Assembly: GCA_963799845.1 (NCBI GenBank)
Contig: CAWCYI010000006.1
Coordinates: 800,001-864,000 of the forward strand
Length of the DNA: 64,000 nt
Direction: 5' to 3'
Source: an uncultured Nitrososphaerota archaeon
GTDB taxonomy: Archaea; Thermoproteota; Nitrososphaeria; Nitrososphaerales; CADDZS01
The number at the start of each line of letters is the position of its first letter. The stretch's first letter is position 1. Below the pieces are notes generated by a model, which had not been told where the DNA came from, searched no databases, and saw only the letters and a list, made by a program, of their open reading frames with translations. Positions 9,711-21,274 of the stretch are shown here, piece by piece. The position numbers were made by a program, and so were the translations under genes.

Positions 9711-12700
9711 TTGTTGTTTCCTAGCCGCGACAGTCGAAATTCGAACATGCTTGTCGGAATTTCGCTTGCGTTCTTGTTCTTGTTAGTCAGTTTGCCGTTT
9801 CAAAACGCGGCAATTAACACGCGTAGCCAAGGCTCCTCGATCAGTAATTCTAAGGGAGTACAGGCGCAAAGAGGAGCAATTTTCGCCGCCCCCAAGAATT
9901 TCCGCGCGACGGAGGAAGCGTCGAGCTCGGCGTCTCAGCTTTCAAGTGTGCCCCCGGTTTCTTGGGATGAACAGCTGGCAATGACAATCTCGCAAGATTC
10001 ACCTTCGCTCTCATACAATGTAACCGCGGTGCAACAGTCAGATGTCGACGGTTATGGACCGGCGTACCTTCTGAGCGGTCTCACAGACCAAGGATATTGG
10101 TATCAGGTGGGGATAGCGTGGAACTGGCCGATAAATGGAGGAGGCTATTTGCCAGGATTCCAATTTCTTTACGAAGCATGGAACCCCTCTGGATCTTCTG
10201 TTTATCCAGCTGACGGCGGAGGGGGGTTGCAAAATTACTCTGCTAAAATCAATGCGGGCGACATCGTCCTGCTGAATCTGTATTTTTCAAACAATCAAGT
10301 TATGATGTACTCTAAGGATTGGAATACTAGCGCGATAGCTTCCGCCAACTATACTGCAGCGGGCGGCGCGGTCTTTGTGGGTCTTCCGGAGCAGTGTAAT
10401 TCGAACTGCTATTTTTCAGGGCTTATGACCGAACAGTATCATGCTTCTGAATATCTTGGCACGGAAGCTAAGGTGACCTACAGCGATCCCTACCTTGGAC
10501 TGGATGCTGCGACGATGTGGATCGATGAATACAATGTAAACACAAATCAAACTTTGTTCAGTCTTTCATCTGCAGATATTTCTTACACCGATCCCAATCA
10601 ATTACAGTACTTCTCACTGAACGGAACTTCGGAAGCTTCAAACGCCTACGAATTCACCACTGGGTCAAGCAGTCTAATTGGAATAACCCTCAGCTATTCA
10701 ATAGTTGGTGGAGGTTCGGGATACCAAGCTCCAATACTCGACTATACTTCAAACGGGACTCCCCTAAATGCAACACTGACAACTTCACCGACAGAATATT
10801 TCATGGACCAAGGGACTAGTTGGAATGCCACGAGCCTGCTGATCGGGTCCTCGTCGAACCAAAGATGGATAACAAATCAGCCCGCTGGCAATGTTTCGGT
10901 TACCCAGACGTTAGTTCTGGCATACACGCATGAATACGTGTTATTTTTCGGATCTAGCCAAAATGGAACTGGAACCGTTCAACCATCGGGATCAGGATGG
11001 TACGAGGCGGGAATTGCTCTGAGCATTTCTGCTATGCCACAGAGCCCATATCTTTTCTCAAACTGGTCGTCAAACTCCAGTAAAATCGTATTTGCAAATG
11101 CTGAATCGGCCAATACAACCACGACCATCAGTGGCCCGGGAAGCATAACCGCCAAGTTCACTCTGTTAACTATTTCACTTTCTTCGAATTCGGGATCTTT
11201 GACGGAAGGATCGAGCGTATCCACTAACGCAAAAATTATCGGGATCAACATCTCCGTCACCCTTTCCGTTTCAGGACTTCCCAGCGAGGCCACAGTTACT
11301 TGGAGCAAGAATCCTATCACGGACGATCTTGCGGGAGTGACTGACATGCTGAACATCTCAACCTCATTCTCAAGTCCACCCGGAATTTACAACGTAACCG
11401 TGACCGCTTCCTCAACTAACGGGAGCGATTCGACCCAGTTCACGCTCAAGATCAATGCGGCCGATGCTCTGACGGTCAGCTTTTCCACCAGCGACAATAG
11501 TTCTCCCAACCCCCCGACCATAAGCTACGTATACGATGGTACCGACTACCAGCTCTCGCTGACAAATTCTTCCCAGGTGATCTACGTTGACAACAGTTCT
11601 AGCTGGGAGGTAACGTCCGTTTTGAGTAACTCGTCTTCCACACAAAGGTGGATATTGAACGGAACTAATCAACGCATTTCAAACGCCCCGTCCACTATCA
11701 ATCTCGTCTACTATCATCAGTACTCGGTTGGTTTCACATTTCGTACCTTCGACAACAGTAGCTCTTCAGAATTTCCAACCGTGTCCATTGTCTCATCGGG
11801 AGTAATTTCAAGCGTATACGCAAACGGCACCGGGATATGGGCCGATTCCGGAACGGAATACAGCTTTGCTTCCTCGATTACGAAGTCCCCTACGGAGAGG
11901 TGGGAGCTGGCAGGAAACCAGACCGGCACCGTCACCCAAGAGGCGATGGTTAGCGCAATATATTATCATCAATATTTTGTCAATTCCTCGTTTGGACTGT
12001 TGGAACGAGCTATCGTCCCGACTGCGCCCATGCTGAGTTTTGTAAGTAACGGAACAACAAATTCTATCAGATTGGGACAGAATTTGAACGCGTATTGGAT
12101 TGATTCAGGCTCAACGTGGTCGGCCTCTGCGAATCTTAGTGGAACTTCAGTTGAAAGATTTTTGGGATCAAATACGTCCGGGATCACGAATTCCCAGAGC
12201 ACGATTCATCCTGAATACACGCCGCAGTTTTACGTCGTAATCAGGCAGAACTCCCCAATTGCAGGCTCGACCTCTCTGCAGCAGGGCTGGTATACTTCCA
12301 ACTCCTCTCTTTCAGTTTCGGCAAAGGCTAACCAGGGATGGAAGTTCGCAATGTGGAATGGCGCTGGAAGTCAAACCAATTCGAGTTCTACAACTGTTCT
12401 TGTTACCGAACCCATGAATATCACCGCTGAATTTTATGCTGGGTTGTCTCTGAGCGCTGGAGCTAACGGACATGTGACTTACACTTATGGATCGAACTCT
12501 GGTACAATATCGGCGGGATCAGCAGAAATACTCTATGTAGCCCCGGGAACTAATATCTCTCTGAGCGCTTCATCCGATTCGCCATTTTACTCGGAGGGTT
12601 CATGGAACACTGGTAACGACACGGCGGGATCATCCTCTCCGTTCGTTTTGACGGTGTCTTCTCCGATGACTATAGGAGCATCCTTTGGTCTGAACGTGAC

Positions 12701-12821
12701 GATGATTGCCCTAATCGGAGCAGTCGTCGCAGGAATTGTTGTGGCGGTGGCATTTGTTGCGGTAAGAAGAAGCGGTGGAAAGCAGTTCGGCGATAGTTCG
12801 AGCCACACATGGAAATGGTAA
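9711..12821 (+). CDS. Large membrane-anchored surface glycoprotein with conserved N-terminal beta-domain and repeated Ig/B-repeat-like modules
   Basis: Signal peptide, many N-x-S/T sequons, repeated 'S..ERW...Y..QY' and 'GW.F..W' modules, C-terminal TM helix followed by RR; paralog at 16076-19277. Confidence 0.88.
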   Translation: MLFPSRDSRNSNMLVGISLAFLFLLVSLPFQNAAINTRSQGSSISNSKGVQAQRGAIFAAPKNFRATEEASSSASQLSSVPPVSWDEQLAMTISQDSPSLSYNVTAVQQSDVDGYGPAYLLSGLTDQGYWYQVGIAWNWPINGGGYLPGFQFLYEAWNPSGSSVYPADGGGGLQNYSAKINAGDIVLLNLYFSNNQVMMYSKDWNTSAIASANYTAAGGAVFVGLPEQCNSNCYFSGLMTEQYHASEYLGTEAKVTYSDPYLGLDAATMWIDEYNVNTNQTLFSLSSADISYTDPNQLQYFSLNGTSEASNAYEFTTGSSSLIGITLSYSIVGGGSGYQAPILDYTSNGTPLNATLTTSPTEYFMDQGTSWNATSLLIGSSSNQRWITNQPAGNVSVTQTLVLAYTHEYVLFFGSSQNGTGTVQPSGSGWYEAGIALSISAMPQSPYLFSNWSSNSSKIVFANAESANTTTTISGPGSITAKFTLLTISLSSNSGSLTEGSSVSTNAKIIGINISVTLSVSGLPSEATVTWSKNPITDDLAGVTDMLNISTSFSSPPGIYNVTVTASSTNGSDSTQFTLKINAADALTVSFSTSDNSSPNPPTISYVYDGTDYQLSLTNSSQVIYVDNSSSWEVTSVLSNSSSTQRWILNGTNQRISNAPSTINLVYYHQYSVGFTFRTFDNSSSSEFPTVSIVSSGVISSVYANGTGIWADSGTEYSFASSITKSPTERWELAGNQTGTVTQEAMVSAIYYHQYFVNSSFGLLERAIVPTAPMLSFVSNGTTNSIRLGQNLNAYWIDSGSTWSASANLSGTSVERFLGSNTSGITNSQSTIHPEYTPQFYVVIRQNSPIAGSTSLQQGWYTSNSSLSVSAKANQGWKFAMWNGAGSQTNSSSTTVLVTEPMNITAEFYAGLSLSAGANGHVTYTYGSNSGTISAGSAEILYVAPGTNISLSASSDSPFYSEGSWNTGNDTAGSSSPFVLTVSSPMTIGASFGLNVTMIALIGAVVAGIVVAVAFVAVRRSGGKQFGDSSSHTWKW

Positions 12822-12960
12822 GTGGATTTGACTCTGTAGCCAAAACCATTTCTAGAATTCTTCAGAGTTGTACTCAAAAAAAGTGCACTTATCCTGCTCA
12901 GTGAACGTTTGCCGCAACCAAAGTCTTAAGGCGAGCAGCTGAGATCTCCCTGAGCGCATA

Positions 12961-14314
12961 ATGAAAATCTGCATCAATAGTCAAACTCCTTTCATAAAAT
13001 TCAAGCTTAGCTACAGGGAGCTGCTCGAAAAATACGGTTGGCTTTCCGATCCCCTGGATATTTCCGAACTCGCCGAGGGGGAAGATTATGATTTTTCTCC
13101 CGGAGGGGTTACCGCCATGGTATATCCTCTGCTAAAGAGAATGCTGAAACTTGGGTACCTATCTGGGGCGACGTGGGTAAGTCTAGGGGTCGAATACCCG
13201 CCCCGGTTGAAAGTGGGTAACATTTTTGTTTCCCATATCGAGATTCCAGAGCAGGTCCTTAGAGAGTACACAATATTCAAAGAGGAACTATGGGCGCAGA
13301 TACACGGGCTTTCAAGCTCTGACATTTTTGAGAAAGGATACGATGCATACGCGTGGTTCAATTGGGTCAACTCGGAGGCCATGTTGCAGCATTGGAGAGA
13401 GACCGACATTTTCTATATCCAAGATTTTCAGCTCCTGATGACCGGAGGACTAATCGGACCTCCGGCCCCTGCCGTCTTTAGGTGGCACGTGCCTTTTGCA
13501 CCGGAGCGGTTGCCCTATCTAACACACAGGGCAGTTTTGAAATGGGTGGAAGCCTTCGACGCCATAGTGGTCAGCACTCGTCGAGATCTGGAAGGACTCA
13601 TCAAATCATCCTATCGGGGTCGGGCCCACCAGGTCTATCCATTCCTTGATCCTGAAAGTTGGGAGACACCAGCATCGACGAGTGCGATAAATAGAGCTGC
13701 GGAGAGAATCGGTTTGAAACCTGACGAAAAGCTCCTTCTCATGGTTGCAAGGATGGATCGAATAAAGTCCCACGATGTTGCAATCAGGGCGATGTCTCAC
13801 CTGAAGAATAAAGGGAAATTTCGCTTGGCTTTGATAGGGAATGGAAGTTTCTCTTCCTCAAAAAAAGGCGGCCTGGGTCATGGCAAAGGTGGTATGTGGA
13901 GAGCAGAACTCGAGAAGCTCGTCGGAGATTTGCAATTGCAGGATTCCGTGACTTTTCTCGGTCACGTGCCGTCAGAGGAGCTGAAAGCCTTCTATTCTTT
14001 ATCGTCGTCCGTCCTACTGACCTCAATTTCAGAGGGATTTGGAATAAGCGTCCTGGAGGGCTGGATCAACAAAAAGCCCGTCGTAGTCAGCACCGGTGCA
14101 GGTTCGTCTGAGCTTGTGGTAGATGGTTCAAATGGATATACGTTTCCTGCGGGTGACGATTTCAAAGCCGCCGAATGTATCCTAAAGTCTGTTGGAAGTG
14201 GAACTGATAAGCTGAGGAGAAAATGGGTTTGAAACATCGAAGCAGTGTCACATCAGCGTCGCGGCTGAAAGGGAGAAGGCGATTTTCGAAGAAGCGATGT
14301 CGATTTATGCCTGA
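12961..14314 (+). CDS. GT4 (GT-B) glycosyltransferase; frameshift near 14214 truncates the listed ORF
   Basis: RWHVPF, VARMDRIKSH and SISEGFGISVLEGW. Removing one base in CTG-A-GGA gives LGENGFETSKQ...SIYA* ending at 14314. Confidence 0.88.
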
Positions 14315-14318
14315 AATT

Positions 14319-14858
14319 TCATGAAGACGACCATATCCTAACTTGCCCGTCCTCATTTTTGACCTTTTTCACGTCGGTCTGAGTGGGTGGAATGGAAGGA
14401 TCGGGCCCGTTAAGTTCCGCCTCCAGCTTGTTGATTTTTTCTTGCAGTGCTGAGCGGCTAGTCATCAGGTCTTCGGAAAGTTTCGAAGATGGCACCACTT
14501 TGCTGAGGTCCTGATTCAAGACCATCAGGTCGTACTTCAGGTCATTCAAACGTCTCTGTTTCGATTTTTGGCTCTCCACTTTCTCAACATTTTCTGTAGA
14601 TATTTGCAGACCACCAGGGTGGGAAGGCCGATGACCTTGGATAATAGTTTCTAGGATTCGTGGTATGGATTGCCCTGATCTAAAAATTTCCAATGCGGTA
14701 GTAGATCGAACGAGCCTTGTCTTTCTTTGGATTGTGATCGACTTCTGTAGCCACATTACTTGAAGCACTTGTGGTACGTGAATCACAAACTCGTCAACCA
14801 AACCTTTCTTCAAGCCTAGTCCCCGACTGGATGGCCGGGCGAGCGATCCAAGCTTCAA
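14319..14858 (-). CDS. Hypothetical protein with C-terminal coiled coil
   Basis: 179-aa ORF with a heptad-like C-terminus; start uncertain. Confidence 0.5.
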   Translation of the reverse strand: MKLGSLARPSSRGLGLKKGLVDEFVIHVPQVLQVMWLQKSITIQRKTRLVRSTTALEIFRSGQSIPRILETIIQGHRPSHPGGLQISTENVEKVESQKSKQRRLNDLKYDLMVLNQDLSKVVPSSKLSEDLMTSRSALQEKINKLEAELNGPDPSIPPTQTDVKKVKNEDGQVRIWSSS

Positions 14859-15016
14859 CCGTGCCTTGGGCCAGCTTATACAACGAGCGATTCTCCTTCT
14901 TTACGCCAAAACTTTACTCAGAGTTCATAATTTTCTTTATGAAATACTGACCGAAAAAATAGGGAATTGCGATTTTCGAGCGAGCTTACGCTCTACTCTA
15001 CGGTGGCGAATGAATA

Positions 15017-15832
15017 ATGAACCTCTTTTGGAGGCCCAAGGAGCAGATATTCTACCGTAGTTGGATCGGCGACGCCGGTCACAGTGTCGCAGTTGATGCT
15101 CAGATAGAAGGGACGGGATACTCAGCTGCCTTCAAAGTTTTCGGGAATTTTTGCGAGCTTTGGCTATTTCCGGTCAGCGTGAAAGTTCGGCGCAAGGGCG
15201 ATACTTTCTCAGACAGTGTGACACGGCGCGCCCTAATTCTAAATCTCCCGAAAAGAGACGTGGACATTTCAAAGCAAATTCGTCACGAGCTCTTGCAGGC
15301 AGGTGAAATCCATGAAGATCGAGTCGATTTCAAATGGGTGAGATATTCCGTGAAGGTAAAAAGGATCAGCGCGGACGACGAACTCAGAATCCTTCAGTGG
15401 CAAAAGTCATCGTCCCTCGTTCCGGAGAGACAAATAGTGCGAAGAAGGGGAACTGCTATCGTAGATTCTTCGCTCGGCATACTTCTTGTTTCGAGCAAAG
15501 GTCATCTGTACCTGCTGCCTGGAGGTGGTGCCAAGAAAGATGAAAGCAGGATGGACGCGGCGCTCCGCGGGTTGAAAGATGAGACCGGACTCACGGCGAA
15601 GAGCTGTCGGTATCTATTTTCATTCGATGATCCCGAAGACAAGAAACTCAGGAATCTACACAAAGTCTTTTTGGTCGAGACCGATGGAACCCCTAAAAAC
15701 AATCTGCAGGAGTCGAGACGCTCAGAGTTCTGGCACGAGGGTTCGAAGTTGAACATAAGCAACTCGACAAGTTTGATCATTGAAAGGTATATGCGGGAAT
15801 TCAAGCCCTCCTATGCAGAAAATAGATCCTGA
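15017..15832 (+). CDS. Unknown N-terminal domain fused to a NUDIX domain with a degenerate Nudix box
   Basis: LLPGGGAKKDESRMDAALRGLKDETGL compared with the canonical GX5EX7REUXEEXGU. Confidence 0.8.
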   Translation: MNLFWRPKEQIFYRSWIGDAGHSVAVDAQIEGTGYSAAFKVFGNFCELWLFPVSVKVRRKGDTFSDSVTRRALILNLPKRDVDISKQIRHELLQAGEIHEDRVDFKWVRYSVKVKRISADDELRILQWQKSSSLVPERQIVRRRGTAIVDSSLGILLVSSKGHLYLLPGGGAKKDESRMDAALRGLKDETGLTAKSCRYLFSFDDPEDKKLRNLHKVFLVETDGTPKNNLQESRRSEFWHEGSKLNISNSTSLIIERYMREFKPSYAENRS

Positions 15833-16075
15833 AATCATGGACAGAATGCTGGGTCGCTTTGAGAGGGCTAGGAGGTTAAAATGCTAGTTTCGTATTTTAG
15901 GGCATCCAGAATTTTGAAATGTCTGTTTCTGGATATTGTTTGTCTTTTTCAGATGTAATTGACAAAGTTATAGATCCCCAATCCATGAGGGATTTGGAGA
16001 CCTTAGTCCAAATTCACAAACTATTTTGTAACTTTCGCAGACTCTTGATTGGGTAGCGATTTCTGAACTTAATAG

Positions 16076-19000
16076 GTGCCTTCACAGGAGCTGATTTTCT
16101 TCCACTCATTTAGTTTATCGAGGAGATTCATTATGGTATTCGCAGTAGGTTTAATTCTTGCGACAAGCACGATGGGCACATTTGCGTCTCGTTCGAGCGA
16201 GTGCCCGGCGAATCATTGTGGTATAGTGAATCATCCGACCGAAATTTCTGGTGATTCGAAAAGTACCGAGACTTACTCCGGACCTTCATTTTCTCCCAAT
16301 AATTACAGCAATCAATCCTTTCATGCGCACGCATCGATAATGCCTTCCAACCTCAGATCGAATCCCGGAAACCTTGCACCTCCACCACCCGCCGTAATCG
16401 ACGAACAGATGGGAATTACTTTCGGACAGAATTTCGCCGCTCTTTCTTACAACGTGACAGCGGTTCAGCAAAATGATAGCGATGGTTATGGCCCCGCATA
16501 CCTCCTGAACGGGCTTTCCAATCAGGGATACTGGTACCAGGTTGGAATTTCATGGGATTGGCCTTTTCCAAGTGGTGGCTACACGAGCGGATTTTATTTC
16601 AACTATGAGGTTTTCAACTCAACAGGGCAGTCGGTATTTCCAGCGGGTGGAAGTGGCGGGGTAACTGCTTTTACAGGACTGGTGAATCAGGGCGACATTG
16701 TACTGCTAAACTTGTACATCTCTGGAGGTGTCGTTTTCATGTCGGCTCGAGATTTGAACACCAGTGTTGGTGCAACGCAAGACTACACTGCCGAGGGTGC
16801 TTCGACATTCATCGGCATGTCCTCTCCTGAAAACAGCTTCGGCTTTTTCACAGGTCTAATGACGGAGCAGTACCACGCATCGCCTTACTACGGCCCCTTC
16901 TCAGAAGTTACCTACAGCGATTTCTCCACTGCTATTGTATCCGCGACAATGTGGATCGACGAGTGGGATCCGAGCTCAAACCAGACAGTGTTTTCCGGGG
17001 CTTCTTCGCAGCTACAGGTACACAAATCCGAATTTGTTCCAGTTTTATTCCTTGCACGACGCTGTAGAAGGCTCGAACGCATTTGAGTTCATCACTGGAG
17101 CGACAGGTCTGATACCAATCACATTGAGCTATAGCGTAGAATCCGGAGGAACAGGATACTACCCGCCGCTACTGACGTATTATTCAAACCAGGTGAAACA
17201 CATTGTCACGCTGAATACGCAGCCGACGACATATTACATGGACAACGGTTCGCAGTGGTCGTCCGCCAATGAACTTGCAGGGTCTACCATGACGGAGAGA
17301 TGGATCGCGACCCAAGCGACTAACGGAATCGCAAATTACAGTCAGACGATCAATTTAGGTTACATCAATCAGTACAACGTGACGATCGGAGATTCTCCTG
17401 CAAACGGCGGAACAGTAAACCCGTCCGGAGCAAATTGGTTCAACGCGTATTCCAAAGTCCAGCTCTCAGCTTCCTCCTCCAATCCTTTCGTCTTTGCGGA
17501 ATGGAGTTCGTCCACACCAAACATCACATTCGACGACAGTAAAGCTATCTCAACTCAGGCGAGTATTTCCGGGCCTGGTAATATAGAGGCAGATTTTAAC
17601 AAGGTGGCGATTTATCTTTCTGCCGAATCAGGGAGCGTTACGCAAGGAGCATCGACTTCCTTCGTTGCCACGGTAGTGGGAATCAGTGGATCGGCTTACA
17701 TTACGATTTCTGGTCTGCCGGAGGGAGCACGATCAAGCTTCGGAGCTAATCCGGTTCCCCTGGAGTTTATGGGCACGCCAGACAACGTGAGTCTATCATT
17801 TTCGATGTCAACTCCTCCAGGCTTCTACAATATCACCCTGACCGCGAATGCGAGCGACGCAATCGACACTGCGAATTACGAGTTGCACGTCCAGAAGGCG
17901 GTTGTTCTCACAGTAGAATTTTCTACGAGCGACGGCACTTACGGTTCCTCCCCTTCATTTAACTATACTTACAATGGCGCAGACGAATCAATATCCCTCA
18001 CACAAACACCCCAAATGGTTTACGCCGATAATGGTTCGAAATGGAGCGTTGAAAACGAATTCAATGAATCCAATCCCGGAGAGAGATGGATAACAAATCA
18101 GACTACCGACGGGATCGTCAATAATTCGCAGACAATCGATTTTAGCTTCTACCACCAATATCAAGTTACATTTGGTTATAGCGTGGTTGGCGATACTACT
18201 CCTGATACCGCACCTGTAGTGAACTACTCTTCGTTTGGCACCACCGCGAACATTGGATTGAATAGTACCGGCTCAACCTTATGGGTAGATTCTCTTTCAA
18301 CTTACTCTTATACACCATCAATTTTTAGCAATGAATCACTTCTCGCGCGGTGGGCTGCTGGCTCAAACCAGACCGGCGAGATCACGAATTCTACTTCCGT
18401 AGTAGCTCAGTACTACTTGCAATATCTTGTCATGGCGGGATATGGAGTCCTCGGCGGAGGATCTGGATTTTCGGCACCCAACGCTACTTTCCAGAACCTC
18501 GGTTCAAACGTTAATACCACGCTGCAATCGCAGCCAAAAGCCTACTGGGTTGATACCAACTCGACATGGTCCTATCCGAAAATACTATCCGGATCAACCA
18601 CGAAAGAAAGGTGGATATCGACGAATTCTACGGTGTCAGTTAGCGTGGACTCTCCTCTTTCGATTTCTCTGAATTATCAAAATCAGTACTTTGTCTCAGT
18701 TAGCTCTATTTCTCCATCAGCCGGTCAGGTAGATCCACGGAGCGGTTGGTTTAACTCTGGTGAAACTATTGCGTTTTCAGCGTCTGCTAACTCTGGCTGG
18801 AAGTTTACCGGTTGGACAAGCAGCGGCACGGTCGCCTCCAACGGGACGGTAGTGGTCGACAGCCCAATAAATGAAACTGCGCAATTCGACGCCGGCCTGG
18901 TGCTCAGTGCTTCTCCAGGAGGTCAACTGATTTACAACGTCGGATCGGCTCAAGGGACAATAAGCGGCGGTTCATCACAAACAATGTACGTCGTCCCCGG

Positions 19001-19277
19001 CACCATGGTGTTCCTAAGCGCTTCCCCGTCCTCGACTCTGTATTCGTTCGGCAAATGGAGTATTGGAAGCGATACCGCTTCCTCAAGCGCATCCTATTCG
19101 GTCTCGGTATCAACTCCAACTAGCATAACAGCCTATTTTGGTCCCAACTACCTGATTTTTGTTTTATTGGGAATAGTAACGTTCGTAGGGGTCGCCTTCG
19201 CGATGTTTTTCATCGCCAAAAGAAGAAAACCAAAAGTAGACAGTCCAGTGGAAAGAGAAGAAACAGACGATTTCTAG
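16076..19277 (+). CDS. Large surface glycoprotein, paralog of 9711-12821; frameshift near 17015
   Basis: Shares SYNVTAVQQ.D.DGYGPAYLL.GL..QGYWYQVGI.W.WP, GLMTEQYHAS and ATMWIDE with the paralog. Deleting one base after CAGCTA restores collinearity (SSQLRYTNPN vs SADISYTDPN). C-terminal TM followed by KRRK. Confidence 0.88.
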
Positions 19278-19345
19278 TTAGACTCGGATCCACCCTTCCG
19301 GAAACTATTTCGAGACGAATTTGAAAATGAGCTGCAGACCGGTTT

Positions 19346-20716
19346 TTGGAATCCTTGGAACATCGTGAAAAATCCAGTGATCTTTGCATAAGCGTATTCG
19401 GCCTCGGATTTGTAGGCAGCTCAATTGCAGCGGCCTGGCTTCGGGCCGGCGCGATCGTAGAGGGGTTTGATGTGTCAGCGGGACGAATTGAGGACCTTAA
19501 GAATCCCAAGACGCTTGGATTCGAGGAAGCGGTCGAGGAGGCTTTTGATGAAGGTCTGAAAAGGGGGAAGCTACGACTCTATACCACGGACTTAGTTTCA
19601 AAGACCAGATCCAGTGTAAAGCTTGTCTGTGTGCCTGTCTACCTCGGCAAAGACAAACGCGCGGATCTTTCATCTCTGAAAAGTGCGACCGCTACTGTCG
19701 GCTCGACTCTCAAGAGGGGTGATGCCGTGATCATCTGTCCATCGGTTCCGCCTGGCACTACGCGCAAAGTTGTTGTCCCGATTCTTGAGAAACAGAGCGG
19801 ACTTGCCGCTGGAAAAGATTTTGATCTCATCTACAGCCCGGAGAGGATACTTGTCGGAAGAGCTGTTGAAGATATCGAGAAACATTATCCCGCAGTTATA
19901 TCCGGGATCGACGAGAAGAGCCTCAACAGAGCGGAATCCATCTTCCGAATAGTTGCCCAGAAGGGAGTTCTCAAAATGCCTAACATTGAGAGCGCCGAGT
20001 TTGAGAAATTGGCAGAGGGTGTCTACCGAGACGTGAATATTTCGCTCGCTAACGAGCTCGCGATGGTTTGTGACGAACTTGGGGTCGATTTCTGGGCCGT
20101 CCGCGAAGCCGCAAATTCGCAGCCCTTCTCTCAGATTCACGTCCCGGGACTGGGTGTTGGCGGTGCCTGCATTCCAGTTTATCCGTGGTTTGTTGTGCAG
20201 TCCGTTGAAAATACCGATACGAGATTGATCGAAGACGGAAGAGAAATCAACGATTCGATGGTGGATTATCTCGTTGAGTCTCTCAAGAAGAATTTTCATT
20301 TGAATGCAAAATCGAAAATTGCGATACTTGGTCTGGCGTTTCGTGGAGGCGTCGCAGATTCGCGACTCTCAGTCACGTATCGATTGGTCGAAAGTTTGCG
20401 AAAAAGCGGCTTTGACCAGCTTAAGATTCATGATCCGCTCATATCGAAGGATTCGAAGGTCGGAGACATCTTGACATCCAATTTGGATGAAGCACTTTCC
20501 CTTGCTGATGTAGCAGTAATTGCTACCGATCACAAAATGTACAAAGACTACGACTGGAAATCGTACAAACGTGAGTCGAAATTGAAGATCATAGATGCGA
20601 AAGGAATCCTCAGGGACAAGCCGCTTTCATCCTCTGTCGAGGTTTACGGCCTGGGTTACGGATTAAACAATCCAAAGATGGTTGAAAGGCCGTCAAAAGA
20701 TGAGTCTGAAAACTAG
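19346..20716 (+). CDS. Nucleotide-sugar dehydrogenase (UDP-ManNAc/UDP-GlcNAc dehydrogenase, WecC-like)
   Basis: GLGFVG, PSVPPGTTR, YSPER, AEFEKLAEGVYRDVNI, GVGGACIP, ILGLAFR. Confidence 0.93.
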   Translation: MESLEHREKSSDLCISVFGLGFVGSSIAAAWLRAGAIVEGFDVSAGRIEDLKNPKTLGFEEAVEEAFDEGLKRGKLRLYTTDLVSKTRSSVKLVCVPVYLGKDKRADLSSLKSATATVGSTLKRGDAVIICPSVPPGTTRKVVVPILEKQSGLAAGKDFDLIYSPERILVGRAVEDIEKHYPAVISGIDEKSLNRAESIFRIVAQKGVLKMPNIESAEFEKLAEGVYRDVNISLANELAMVCDELGVDFWAVREAANSQPFSQIHVPGLGVGGACIPVYPWFVVQSVENTDTRLIEDGREINDSMVDYLVESLKKNFHLNAKSKIAILGLAFRGGVADSRLSVTYRLVESLRKSGFDQLKIHDPLISKDSKVGDILTSNLDEALSLADVAVIATDHKMYKDYDWKSYKRESKLKIIDAKGILRDKPLSSSVEVYGLGYGLNNPKMVERPSKDESEN

Positions 20717-20785
20717 AGTATTCAGGAAAAATAACATAACTCATTCGCTATGTGGAAAGAGGAAGTTCCTTCGAACGGATTCGAG

Positions 20786-21112
20786 TTAATGTTTCGTTTC
20801 AACTTTATCATCTGACCGTTCAAGCAAGATGGTGAAAAAAAATCTCTGATGGTCTTGCAATTGCTCCTCTTGAAACATGGATTCAGTTACCATAAAGTTC
20901 TCATTTACAAGAGTGCCTTCTTTGGTCACGAACTTTGCACGTTCAAGCCGTCCCCTTCTTATCGGGCCCACACGGTGAAGAATCTCCAGTTTGTCTACTT
21001 CATTGTCAACATGGCCCTTAATGCAATAGCCTGTACCCACCTGTTCAATATCGACTACACCCAATCGAGGAATTATGAAATCTCCGATCAAAGCACTGAA
21101 GTTTGAAAGCAC
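20786..21112 (-). CDS. Hypothetical protein
   Basis: 108-aa ORF with no recognised motif. Confidence 0.5.
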   Translation of the reverse strand: MLSNFSALIGDFIIPRLGVVDIEQVGTGYCIKGHVDNEVDKLEILHRVGPIRRGRLERAKFVTKEGTLVNENFMVTESMFQEEQLQDHQRFFFTILLERSDDKVETKH

Positions 21113-21274
21113 GGTGGAACGAGATCTTCAAAGACGGAAGATTAAGCATTTTGACGGTTGCTTATTTTCGCAAATGACCTCAGAAATTTATTTCCAGCAC
21201 TGGTCGCTATTTGTCCTGAAGAATTGGCCCGAGGGTCACTACTATCCGAGCAGCAAAAAATCTGTGTTTGCCAG

